64,000 bases of DNA from Pirellula sp. (GTDB lineage: Bacteria > Planctomycetota > Planctomycetia > Pirellulales > Pirellulaceae). The DNA is taken from the NCBI GenBank assembly GCA_031424235.1, contig JANPHB010000209.1:33608-97607 (forward strand), given 5' to 3'. Positions 10,993-20,523 of the stretch are shown piece by piece. The notes below the pieces were generated by a model. That model was not told the origin of the DNA. It did no database searches and saw only the letters and a list, made by a program, of their open reading frames with translations. Both the position numbers and the translations under genes were made by a program. Within the stretch, counting starts at the first letter, position 1. Every line of letters begins with the position of its first letter.

Positions 10993-11086
10993 TCGATGCG
11001 AACCAATGATTAAGATCCAATGGGTTGCTCTGAGTAGCAATCGTAAAGATGCAATCGCAAGAACTAGTAAGAGGCTGACAAAAACC

Positions 11087-12520
11087 ATGATGATTCGTTT
11101 GATTGCTCCTGTGCTTGGAGCGCTGATGATATCTTCCGTCAACGTACACACTGCGATGGCCGAAGAGAATTGCCCATTCTGCTCGGCTGCCTCGCAAACG
11201 CTTCGCCAAGAAATTAAGTCGATGGATGCGGTGGGAATCGGCAGATTGGAGACCGATGGCAAACCCGATGTGGATGGCATTGCCATGTTCAAAATCGAGA
11301 AGGTGCTTTCCGGTGAAAAACTGATCTCCGTGAACCAAGCGATCGAAGCGAGTTACTTTGGGCCAGGCAAATCCTCTAAGAAATTCCTCCTGCTGGGAGT
11401 GGACCCGAATAAGCTGCTTTGGTCATCCCCCCTCCCGCTATCCGCAGACGCTGAAAAGTATGTTGAGGAGATTCAAAAACTGCCTGAGTCGCAGGTCGAA
11501 CGGTTGGAGTTTTTCCAGAAGTACTTTGAGCATCCGGATTCTCTCCTGGCTCGCGATAGCTACGATGAGTTTGCGTTGGCTCCCTATGCCGATGTGGTTT
11601 TGCTCAAGGACAAAATGGATCGAGAAAAGCTATTGTCGTGGGTTCAGGACACATCCAAGTCGCCGGACCGCAAACGACTCTATTTCACAATGCTTGCCAT
11701 TTGTGGCAAACCAGAAGATGCCGTTTTGTTTGAGTCGATGATTCGAAGCGAAACTCCAGAAGCCCGAGCCGGACTGGACGCGCTTCTTGCCGCTTACCTG
11801 ACTCTCAAGGGAGAAAAAGGACTAGAGCTCATCAAAGAAGAATTCTTCGACAATGCCCACAGTCAGTATGCGGACATCTATGCCGCAGTCATGGCACTGC
11901 GTTTTCACGGAACCGAGGGCAACGCACTGCCCAAAGAATCGATTACGAAAACCATGCACCGGCTTTTGGAACGCCCAGATCTCGCGGATTTGGTCATTCC
12001 AGATCTGGCCAGATGGAGCGACTGGAGCCAACTCGAGAAAGTCTGTGAACTGTTCGAAAAAGCGACCGAAGACAACAACTGGGTACGCGTTCCGGTGATC
12101 AACTACTTGAGAGCCTGTCCGTTGCCAGAAGCCAAAGAAATGTTGATCAAACTGGAGAAAATCGATCCAAACTCCGTCAAGCGAGCCAAGACGTTTTTCC
12201 CGATTCCATCGCCTGCCGCACCCAAAAAGTTGGACAGTTCGTCCTCCATCCAAACGAAAACCTTGGATCGGGCTCTTGTTTTGAACGCGAATCGCACGTC
12301 GATTCGTGTTGCCTCATTGGATGATTCCGTCGCAATTTCGCAGCTCATTCAGACGCAGACCAGCGGGCCAATGGCAGCCCTTCCCGCTGTCGGCAAATTG
12401 AACCTTTGGGCCTCGTTTGTCGTAGTCATTTTGGCGACGGTGATGCTCGCGTTGGTAATGTGGAACATCGCAACCAATGGAGGCATGGTCGCCAAAATGG
12501 TGCTTAACCGAGTTCGCTAA
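11087..12520 (+). CDS. Secreted hypothetical protein with CPFC motif and C-terminal TM anchor (paralog 2)
   Basis: Signal peptide 'MMIRLIAPVLG...AMA|EENCPFC'; extra ~100 aa ending in a hydrophobic helix 'LWASFVVVILATVMLALVMW'. Confidence 0.85.
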   Translation: MMIRLIAPVLGALMISSVNVHTAMAEENCPFCSAASQTLRQEIKSMDAVGIGRLETDGKPDVDGIAMFKIEKVLSGEKLISVNQAIEASYFGPGKSSKKFLLLGVDPNKLLWSSPLPLSADAEKYVEEIQKLPESQVERLEFFQKYFEHPDSLLARDSYDEFALAPYADVVLLKDKMDREKLLSWVQDTSKSPDRKRLYFTMLAICGKPEDAVLFESMIRSETPEARAGLDALLAAYLTLKGEKGLELIKEEFFDNAHSQYADIYAAVMALRFHGTEGNALPKESITKTMHRLLERPDLADLVIPDLARWSDWSQLEKVCELFEKATEDNNWVRVPVINYLRACPLPEAKEMLIKLEKIDPNSVKRAKTFFPIPSPAAPKKLDSSSSIQTKTLDRALVLNANRTSIRVASLDDSVAISQLIQTQTSGPMAALPAVGKLNLWASFVVVILATVMLALVMWNIATNGGMVAKMVLNRVR

Positions 12521-12599
12521 CGGTTTTGTGGCGCAGTTTCGTCTCCCTTCAAAGCCGAGCATTCGTTTCAACATTATCCCGGACCACTTTTAGATCACG

Positions 12600-13286
12600 A
12601 TGAGCCAAGACATTTCAGACTCCAACGACACCCAATATGCTGCCGAGGATTCCGACGATTTCGTATACAAGTCGCTGAGCCGCGCGGCCATGCTCAGCTT
12701 GGTTTTCGGTTTGTTTAGCCTACTAGCATGGATTTCGCCCATGCTGCTATTTTTGCCCGCCATCGGACTTGTTTTCGGCATTATTGCAATTAGCAATCTG
12801 AAGAGGTACCCCAACGAATTGATTGGAACCCCAATCGCTTGGCTCGGACTCATTATTAGTACTGTGATTCTTATCGGTTCCCCAGTGAAACACATCTATG
12901 TCTACAACACAGAAGTTCCTGAGGGATTTGAGCGAGTTCAATTCGCGGCCTTGAAGAGCCCGATCCCAGAGTTTGACTTTCCAACACCCGAGGCAAGAGC
13001 GCTTAACGGAAAGAAAATATTTCTCAAAGGCTATGTGCATCCTACATCGATATCGAGCAGTTCATCCAAAACATTTGTCTTGGTACCGGACTGGGGTACT
13101 TGCTGTTTCGGAACGCAGCCGCCACTGACGCACATGATCCAGGTTCGATTGGTGAATGATGGATACGCCTATAAATCGGTTCGCCAACACTCGCTGGCCG
13201 GTACTTTCGAAGTGCATGACTACAAACGGCCGGTTGAAGGTTTGGATGGGGTATACTACGAGCTAGAAGCCGAGCACTTTCAGTAA
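12600..13286 (+). CDS. DUF4190-like membrane domain plus DUF3299-like domain protein
   Basis: TM hairpin followed by 'LNGKKIFLKGYVHP...FVLVPDWGTCCFG..PP...I.V' (DUF3299 signature). Confidence 0.8.
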   Translation: MSQDISDSNDTQYAAEDSDDFVYKSLSRAAMLSLVFGLFSLLAWISPMLLFLPAIGLVFGIIAISNLKRYPNELIGTPIAWLGLIISTVILIGSPVKHIYVYNTEVPEGFERVQFAALKSPIPEFDFPTPEARALNGKKIFLKGYVHPTSISSSSSKTFVLVPDWGTCCFGTQPPLTHMIQVRLVNDGYAYKSVRQHSLAGTFEVHDYKRPVEGLDGVYYELEAEHFQ

Positions 13287-13292
13287 CGCAAG

Positions 13293-13940
13293 GTAGCAGG
13301 CACATTCCATGTGCCATCCGCCCATGAGGGCCGAAGGCTCGACACATCCTCTGCCGGTGCCGTAAGCACCGGACTTGCTATTCCCAAGGATTTCAAGGCC
13401 CGAAGAGGCTGTGGAAAAATGTAGGACGCCCTTTTTAGGGCGTCGAAATTGGCCGTTTTTTGCAGTAACGACGGCCTGAAAAGGCCGTCCTACGAATAAA
13501 TTCACAGTCTCGAAGGGCCCACACACTCGATCATGTGTCGCCCCTTCCGGCAACGCTTTGAAGTATTTTCGAGAATTGGGTAGCAGGTTTCGTGAGTGAT
13601 GCAATCGAATCGTCATTGAATGGTTCTTGAACTCAGATTTCTCACGAAATCTGCTACAAAAGATTGCAAAAATTGCTTCACAGCGTTGCCCCTCCGGGCT
13701 CGTCTCCCGATTGGTCTTCGCACCGTGGCTCATCAGCCTCATCTTTACCCACATCTTTCAACATGAAACTCCAATTCCCCGGGGTTTTCGTACTCGTACT
13801 CGTACTCGATCGGATGGACAATCGAGTACGAGTACCATTTCATTGAGTACGAGTACGAGTACGAAATCTTTCCAAAAATTTGGGAAAAGATGAGGCTTAT
13901 CAGCCACGGCTAGGGATATGTCGGCCTTTCAGGCCTAATT
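13293..13940. mobile_element. Multi-layer composite repeat region: REP scaffold with at least three inserted TIR-bounded units
   Basis: Units at 13406-13510 (CGAAG duplicated), 13551-13688 (9-bp near-duplication) and ~13723-13909 (enclosing a (GTACTC)n palindrome); GTAG REPs at 13293, 13421-13493 and 13580-13657. Confidence 0.75.
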
Positions 13941-13996
13941 TGCGCATCTTAAAAATGCTTAAGCGGGGATAAGCGAAAGCAATCGGCCGCTTGCTT

Positions 13997-15967
13997 TTAC
14001 TCATTCGTCTGGAGTACTGGCGGCATGGGGCACCCCAGTGCATCCGAGATAACTCGCAATAGCTCTAGCTCTCGCACTTCGACCTTTCCATCTGCGGCGA
14101 TGCAAGCGGAACACGCAGCTAACATCGAGCGTTTCATCGTGCCTTGAGAATGCTCCAAAATATTTAACGCTTCATCGAGTGTTTTCAGTATGCATTCCGC
14201 ACTTGGGCTCAATTGCAATCCCTTGGCTATGTTTGGCACCGCCGCTAGTCCTGCTGCAAACGCCTTTTCCACTGTGTTCGTTTCGTTACCCAATCTTGCT
14301 AAAGTGGACAATACCGTTTGGAAACTTTGCAACATCGATTGCGTTGTGGGAGCCGAAGCGACTCTGTTTTTGCGTTGCAAGCGGTCAGCCAGTCTCTTTG
14401 AAATGAATCTCTGGATCGCAAACTCAAAAATCGTCCACTTGCGATCTGCCTCGATCAGTGCACGCACGTTTTTGCGAAACGCGATGGCTTGATTCGGCGA
14501 CAATTGATGAAGCGATGGCAGTGCCAAACAAGCCATCGGTAGTCGCTGCTCGTCTGCCAATGAATCCACGTGCGACAGAACTCGATTGAGCTCGCTCATG
14601 ACGCGATCATCGGTCGACGTCGCGAGCATTTGAATCTGCTGACTTCGAACTGGATCGTCCGAGGGAGCCAAAAGAAGTGCGTAGACGATAGCAACCGCAC
14701 CGAGCGGGTCGCGTATGTCTTCTGTCAACAGATCGTCCATTTCCTCGACCATGTGTTGAGCATGTACGAAGTGTTCAGGACGAGGCTCACCGATATGATC
14801 GACAGCTTGCTGAGGGCTTTGTTCATGACTCGCAGCTCCTGCCACCGCCGCTTGATGCACGTCGGCAAACGAGGATCGAGCAAGTGACAAGGAGCGTGGA
14901 TCGATCATTTCGGCTTCCGAGTGCGCTACCTTGTTGGTTGTTTCAAACACGCCATCAAAACGAGGATCGATTCTCTTGATGCGAACCGGAAGCGCGGGAT
15001 GGGTTGCAAACAAGTGCGAAACGACTCCCTCACCGAAAAACATATGACTTGCCTCAGAGGCGTGGGGACTAGCAAGCTGTGATTTCTGTGCCCAACCTCC
15101 AATGCGTTTCAAGGCATCGCCGATCCCATTTGGATTGCGGGTAAACTGCACAGCGGACGCATCGGCCAAGAACTCACGCTGTCTCGATACAGCGGCCTTG
15201 ATGAAATTTGCAAAGAACACGCCAATGTAACCGATCGCGACCAGCGAACCGCCCACGGCAGCAAATGCGGCGACCAACGCGAGAGTCCCTTTGTTGTCTT
15301 CGCTATTACTGCTGCCAGATCGAATTCCGACCTCACCTAATATTCGCAATGTCCAATATCCAATCAAGGCGATCAGCAAGATACCATTCAGCATTCCCAT
15401 TAATCGCAAATTGAGCCGCATATCTCCGTTGAGAATGTGACTGAACTCATGTGCGATCACCCCTTGCAACTCCTCTCGTTTGAGAGTCATAATCGCTCCC
15501 TGAGTCACGCCAATGACTGCGTTTTGAGGGGTTGTTCCCGCAGCGAAGGCGTTGATCCCCATTTCTCGCGGCATCAAGTAGACCGGCGGCACGGGCGTTC
15601 CAGATGCCAAAGACATTTCTTCGACAACATTTAGCAAAATGCGTTCAGCGAGCACTCCCGTATTGGGCGGAATCCTGACACCACCCAACGCCAGTGCAAC
15701 TTGTTCTCCGTCGCTACCCAAAGACCAGATCTTGTACAAGCTGCCGATCAAGATGATCGCTGTCACAACCGTCGCAACACTTGTCAGTAAGATCGGATGC
15801 CATTCAAAAAACGAAATGGGGCGTTCCGAAGTTCGTGTTGCAGCAACAACTATTCCAAGAAGCGCAGCGTAAACCGAAACAATCACCATAACGACGGCGA
15901 TAATGAAGTAAAGAACGAGAAGTGAAGTCTTGCGCCGTGCGCGATCTTGATGCTCGAAAAAGTCCAT
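13997..15967 (-). CDS. M48 family (HtpX-like) zinc metalloprotease with C-terminal extension
   Basis: 'INAFAAG', HEXXH (HEFSH), 'SRQREFLADASAVQFTRNP', 'THP'; paired with lemA. Confidence 0.92.
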   Translation of the reverse strand: MDFFEHQDRARRKTSLLVLYFIIAVVMVIVSVYAALLGIVVAATRTSERPISFFEWHPILLTSVATVVTAIILIGSLYKIWSLGSDGEQVALALGGVRIPPNTGVLAERILLNVVEEMSLASGTPVPPVYLMPREMGINAFAAGTTPQNAVIGVTQGAIMTLKREELQGVIAHEFSHILNGDMRLNLRLMGMLNGILLIALIGYWTLRILGEVGIRSGSSNSEDNKGTLALVAAFAAVGGSLVAIGYIGVFFANFIKAAVSRQREFLADASAVQFTRNPNGIGDALKRIGGWAQKSQLASPHASEASHMFFGEGVVSHLFATHPALPVRIKRIDPRFDGVFETTNKVAHSEAEMIDPRSLSLARSSFADVHQAAVAGAASHEQSPQQAVDHIGEPRPEHFVHAQHMVEEMDDLLTEDIRDPLGAVAIVYALLLAPSDDPVRSQQIQMLATSTDDRVMSELNRVLSHVDSLADEQRLPMACLALPSLHQLSPNQAIAFRKNVRALIEADRKWTIFEFAIQRFISKRLADRLQRKNRVASAPTTQSMLQSFQTVLSTLARLGNETNTVEKAFAAGLAAVPNIAKGLQLSPSAECILKTLDEALNILEHSQGTMKRSMLAACSACIAADGKVEVRELELLRVISDALGCPMPPVLQTNE

Positions 15968-15979
15968 CGTTCTCTCCGC

Positions 15980-16582
15980 TTAGAATTGGACTTTAACAGC
16001 CTCTCGCTCTTGCGGAGCGCTGATTACCTCAAGCAACGAGGCTCGCTCAAACCGACCAAAGCCGGCTACCAGTGAGCCTGGGAAAACCTCGCATGCCGTA
16101 TTGTAATATGTGACAGCGTCGTTGAATGCTTGTCGCGAGTACGAGACCTTGTTTTCTGTGCTCGTCAGTTCTTCTTGAATGGCAAGCATATTCTGATTGG
16201 CTTTCAAATCGGGATACGCTTCGGCCAAACCAATAAACTTGGTCATCGTCCCTGCCAACGCCACTTCGGCCGTAGACAAGTTTTGCATCGACTGAGCGTC
16301 TCCCGGATTGGCTGCCGCTTGTTGGCCCGCCGACATCGCGGTATTTCTCGCTCGTATCACAGCTTCGAGAGTCTCTTTCTCATGCTTCATGTATCCCTTG
16401 GCCGTTTCCACCAAGTTCGGAATCAAGTCATAGCGACGCTTGAGCTGAACATCGATCTGGGCATAAGCGTTTTTGTATCGGTTCCTCATCGAAACCAAAT
16501 TATTGTATATCGAGACCAGATAGAACAAAAAGAGTACGCAAACACCAGCTGCAACCAGCAATCCAACAGTTAACCCGACCAT
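15980..16582 (-). CDS. lemA: LemA family protein
   Basis: TM anchor, 'YNNLV..RN', 'IDVQLKRRYDLIPNLVETAKGY..HE', 'EAYPDLKANQN'. Confidence 0.95.
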   Translation of the reverse strand: MVGLTVGLLVAAGVCVLFLFYLVSIYNNLVSMRNRYKNAYAQIDVQLKRRYDLIPNLVETAKGYMKHEKETLEAVIRARNTAMSAGQQAAANPGDAQSMQNLSTAEVALAGTMTKFIGLAEAYPDLKANQNMLAIQEELTSTENKVSYSRQAFNDAVTYYNTACEVFPGSLVAGFGRFERASLLEVISAPQEREAVKVQF

Positions 16583-16794
16583 CTTCAACCCCTTCGTTCT
16601 TTCTACAAGTAACGTACGTTCGACGAACTGTGGTTCGATGGACCAACAGTTCAATCGCAATGGTAGTCGATTGAAGGGCGATTGTCGAACAGGCTCCAGT
16701 TCATCCCAGATAGGCCTTCAGCCCTGGCTGGCATGAGTTTTAAAGGACAATTAGCCGTTGGGCGCTCGCCTTGTCATTACCCAAATCTCTTTGA

Positions 16795-16835
16795 CTTTGC
16801 TCCCTCGCCCCGTTTCGGGGAGAGGGGAGAAAATC
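16795..16835. repeat. CCCTC(T/G)CCCC...GGGGAGAGGG palindromic repeat
   Basis: ctccctcgccccgtttcggggagaggggag hairpin in the intergenic region. Confidence 0.6.
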
Positions 16836-16918
16836 GCAATGGTTTCGTTCCGTTTTTAGGGAATTTGATTTCGAGGTTGAATCGATTGGGGGGTAAAGAC
16901 AAGGCTAATGCCAACCAA

Positions 16919-17920
16919 TTAAATTCCAACCAGTGGCCAGACGCAACCTTCAAGAAACGGTTTGTGAAAGAGAATCGGCACGGGAATGAGCACCCAAGCT
17001 GCCAACCATGCTCGTCCGATTGACTTTGACCTAAGAAACGTCACTCGTTTCTCAATAGTCATGCCGATCGCTTGGATCGCGAAATACAACATTGGCAGTC
17101 CGAACCCGGCCTGTACCGGAACACTAATGGCGAGCTCATGGAGTAAACCTGAGAACAAAAAGGCTCCGGCGGTTGCTACGACTGAGGAATGTCCAACATT
17201 CTTGCAGTGCGCACGTAGCGGACGGTACACAGCGATCGAAGTCATCTCGGAAAAAGCTCGGTTCCATCGATACCCCCAAAAATCGGAAAGGGATTCCGAA
17301 AGCAAGGGCGCTCGAAATAAAGCCAAGCACTTCACGCCAAAAAAACGCCACATGCCAGTAACGAGATTAAAGAGCCCAAAGTGAACGAATAGACTCAGCC
17401 CGGTCAACAAACAAGCAGTCGTAAACCATAGCTTCCATGACTTAATAGCCAAATTCGGTTCGGCGCTGCTGTGCGCCATCGCCCAAGCTACACCGATGAA
17501 GACGGCGCCGAGCGCTATGCGGATCAAGCCTCGCACACAATATTGCCGCCAATCCGCCAGTTGGTTGCTAGGCAACCGATGGAAAAGCTCCGATCGCATT
17601 CCAAACCAGCCTACACAAAAACAGAGCCATTGACCGAATGTCAAAGTGTTATTTCCATCATTTCGGGACTCCATGTAAACGACGGATTTCATGGACCACA
17701 ATAACGCGACGATGATCAACAACATCCGCGTTCCTTGCGGTTCAGCTACACTCAGCCTTTCGACGAACAAAACGCAAACCGAAACGAATCCCCAAGCGAC
17801 TATTCTCGACAAAGGCTGTTGCTCGATAGCAGCTAGTCGAAACCCGACCAATGGTATCGTGCAGAGAAACACAACCATGCAAGCGAGTAGCCTGCCATCA
17901 TGAACACCGTAACCAATCAC
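16919..17920 (-). CDS. MBOAT-family (wax synthase-like) membrane O-acyltransferase
   Basis: 'APLLSESLSDFWGYRWN' and 'FLFSGLLHELAIS' (catalytic His). Probable GTG start overlaps the upstream TGA. Confidence 0.85.
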   Translation of the reverse strand: MIGYGVHDGRLLACMVVFLCTIPLVGFRLAAIEQQPLSRIVAWGFVSVCVLFVERLSVAEPQGTRMLLIIVALLWSMKSVVYMESRNDGNNTLTFGQWLCFCVGWFGMRSELFHRLPSNQLADWRQYCVRGLIRIALGAVFIGVAWAMAHSSAEPNLAIKSWKLWFTTACLLTGLSLFVHFGLFNLVTGMWRFFGVKCLALFRAPLLSESLSDFWGYRWNRAFSEMTSIAVYRPLRAHCKNVGHSSVVATAGAFLFSGLLHELAISVPVQAGFGLPMLYFAIQAIGMTIEKRVTFLRSKSIGRAWLAAWVLIPVPILFHKPFLEGCVWPLVGI

Positions 17921-18342
17921 ACAGTCGCTCCGGTTAGATTCGCAATTGCAGCCCATCCGTAAACCGCAACGAGTGCGATGAAAAGACAATCAAGCATTAT
18001 TTCGGCAACAAAAAAAATCGCACCTTTGGGCGCATCGCTGCGATCGAACCAAGTGAACTGGATAATGACTCGAACCAACCAATAGACCAAGATATAGGTC
18101 GTTAACGCTTTCGCTAGAAATGAATGATCGATTAAACTCTCAGGGGAGAGCATTGAGACCAATGCGAAACTCAAGTTCGTCATCCAGATGTAGCCCGCGT
18201 ACGTCCAAAATACTTGGCGTGTCAGCGGCCGAAGCTTCGACGTGTCCTCGCCCCACCTTAGGACTCTCGGTATCGCCAAGCTGGCGAAAACGAGGATCAA
18301 TTGCCCAAGTCCCGCCATAAAAATCATCCTCTCGAGCATCAT
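17917..18342 (-). CDS. Small 4-TM membrane protein, translationally coupled to the MBOAT gene
   Basis: AGGAGG RBS; four hydrophobic segments; GTGA overlap with the downstream gene. Confidence 0.75.
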   Translation of the reverse strand: MMLERMIFMAGLGQLILVFASLAIPRVLRWGEDTSKLRPLTRQVFWTYAGYIWMTNLSFALVSMLSPESLIDHSFLAKALTTYILVYWLVRVIIQFTWFDRSDAPKGAIFFVAEIMLDCLFIALVAVYGWAAIANLTGATV

Positions 18343-18420
18343 CAATTGCTCCTCCTATTGGAATTCACCGCAGCAATTTCCTAACCACAACAATAAATGC
18401 TGCGAATCCAAGAGGTTGCT

Positions 18421-19608
18421 TTACTGGTCGACGAGTACCGCCATGGGAGGTTCTTGTGCTTTCTTGCGGCGAAAGACAAAATAGAGTCCGACACCAGCAA
18501 GAGCCAACAAGAATACGCTGAAAACAGGGCGAACAGCAATCCAGGCGACGCTGATGGTGATGAGGGCAAGGATGCTTCCAAGGATAAAACCGATCAGCAT
18601 AGTCGCAAAGCCAACCATCTTCCCGAACAATGGGACAACATTTGCCAGCGCCTTGAGCGGCGCGGCAATCAGAGAAAAACCAACGCAAGCCAACACCCAG
18701 CCAACTATGCGCAAAATAGTTGCCAAGGCCGTATTTGAGAATCGCAACGAATCAAACATCTGAGCCGCGGTTCGCTCGCCGGTTTCGATGCTCTCGATCG
18801 TTTCACCGTTCTTGGTCTTAAACGGCTCGAATTCTTTTCCTTTCTGCTGCGAAAGCAAGCTGACCGTCGTCGGCTCCACGACTCGGAACTGAATTCTCAA
18901 GTCCCCTACCTCAGGCTCCATTTTTGCCTGTGTTCCGACACAGTAACGCAGGTAGCCACCATCCACTTTGAAATGACTTCGCTCGTCCTCTGCTAATTTA
19001 CTAAGAACGGTAGCTTGGTCAATCGCGACATCTGTCCACGCGTTGATTGCGCCGACCAAAGAAGTTCGCAAGTGAAATGCCCCCAGGGTAGCTTTGTCGG
19101 AAATCAGTGAAGTTGAAGCGAATTTCGGTTGGGGATTTTCGTGGCCATTGGGTTGTTCAAACGACTGACTATTGACACGATCACCGTGCCATTTTTTCTG
19201 ATACTCGTAAGTTGTAATGGTCTCTTTGCCGCCGCCAAGCTTGTCTCTCGTCCTACTCTCTTTCTTTTCGACCCACTGGAACATTTCCACTTTTCGCTCC
19301 AATCGCAGAACCTTTTTCCCGATATCAAATACACCATCCGACAGCATCTCATCGGTGGTAGCCATTCCCATCACATGCACGAGTCGGCTATCTAAATCCG
19401 CAGAAGGCTCAAATGGCGAAGGCGCTTCGGCGACCACTTTCTCAGCCTGAATCAGCCCCTGAGTTCGATGGATCGTTCGGTACTCGTTCCAAGTCATCAG
19501 GGCGACGGAGCCGGGAACCATGACTAAACCAATCAAAACACCCACGACAGAATTGACAAGGCGAGAGAAGAAGCCTTTGTGTTCAGTACGCGTGACTCTG
19601 TCAACCAT
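18421..19608 (-). CDS. TMEM43 (DUF1625) family protein
   Basis: N-terminal TM 'LMTWNEYR', 'RKVEMFQWVE', 'PEVGDLRIQF', C-terminal TMs 'WIAVRP'. Confidence 0.88.
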   Translation of the reverse strand: MVDRVTRTEHKGFFSRLVNSVVGVLIGLVMVPGSVALMTWNEYRTIHRTQGLIQAEKVVAEAPSPFEPSADLDSRLVHVMGMATTDEMLSDGVFDIGKKVLRLERKVEMFQWVEKKESRTRDKLGGGKETITTYEYQKKWHGDRVNSQSFEQPNGHENPQPKFASTSLISDKATLGAFHLRTSLVGAINAWTDVAIDQATVLSKLAEDERSHFKVDGGYLRYCVGTQAKMEPEVGDLRIQFRVVEPTTVSLLSQQKGKEFEPFKTKNGETIESIETGERTAAQMFDSLRFSNTALATILRIVGWVLACVGFSLIAAPLKALANVVPLFGKMVGFATMLIGFILGSILALITISVAWIAVRPVFSVFLLALAGVGLYFVFRRKKAQEPPMAVLVDQ

Positions 19609-19769
19609 GAAGCTCTGCCTGCAATTTTAGGAGTGAAATCGGGAAAACAACCGCTTCAAACATCTTAGCATGACGCTACGAGGAATTTAAGAACGGTTCA
19701 CAACGTCAAGAGAGCATAATGTGTACACTAAGCACATCGCCGCGTATTTTACCGGTTAATATGCCGGTG

Positions 19770-19980
19770 CGCGTTAGCCAAATGGCACTCACTTTGTTAG
19801 CGGAACGGCGCGAGCCGTCCGGTGAGTATCCTAGTAAATGACGCGAAACCGGCGGGCTTGCGCCCAATGGCACTCACTTTCGATTGGAACAGGCAAATTA
19901 CTGAGCCGCGGGCGCTAGCCCAGGTTTCCACGATCACTCGACATTCGTCGGGAAACGCGGTAACGACGTTCGGCTAATTT
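19770..19980. repeat. Cluster of ATGGCACTCACTTT / TAGCGGAACGGCGCGAGCCGTCCGG repeats
   Basis: ATGGCACTCACTTT occurs twice here and again near 36131; TAGCGGAACGGCGC(G/A)AGCCGTCCGG recurs near 39270. Confidence 0.65.
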
Positions 19981-20109
19981 GTTTATCTGGCCAAAAGACT
20001 GGTGATGACGTGCGTTGTTACGATTTTCGAATTTCCCAGGCAAGATCTTAATCGGTGAGTCGAATAAGCGATTACGCAGTTTCAAATAGAAATCAAAGGA
20101 GATGTCTCA

Positions 20110-20211
20110 ATGTTCGGAATCGGTTTTTTTGAGTTGCTCATTTTGCTTGTTGTTGGGAGTGGGATTCTTGGGGCCATCGGTTTCGCGCTTTTTATGGCTC
20201 TCAAAAAATAG
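20110..20211 (+). CDS. 33-aa small membrane protein with TatA-like N-terminus (not in ORF track)
   Basis: AAGGAG at 20096-20101, 8 nt before ATG; translates MFGIGFFELLILLVVGSGILGAIGFALFMALKK*. Confidence 0.7.
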   Translation: MFGIGFFELLILLVVGSGILGAIGFALFMALKK

Positions 20212-20523
20212 TGGCTTCGTCACCCCGAGTGGGCAAAGCCATCGCAGCAGCCTTAACTGCGGAGCAGTGGCATTTGAAAGCCACGGATAGACCCCCGTGG
20301 TCAGCGTGGTGCGGTTGCCTAAGAGTCGCATAGCGACGGCATTCGCACGGATGCTACATGGCCTGATGTCGACATTTCCTTTGGGGGGGAAATGATTCAC
20401 AGCCCATGCCGCTCCTTCAGAGCTCCTGATCAATCGGGGCGTAATACCTGGGGTTTCGTTCGCGGTGCGAACTTCACCCCAGTATGAAAAATCCCATCGC
20501 ATTCGCGATTCAATCGCTGAAGG

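Noticed and set aside
13627-13893. ORFs with RTRTR/STSTS runs
   Set aside because: They are translations of the (GTACTC)n palindrome inside a repeat composite.
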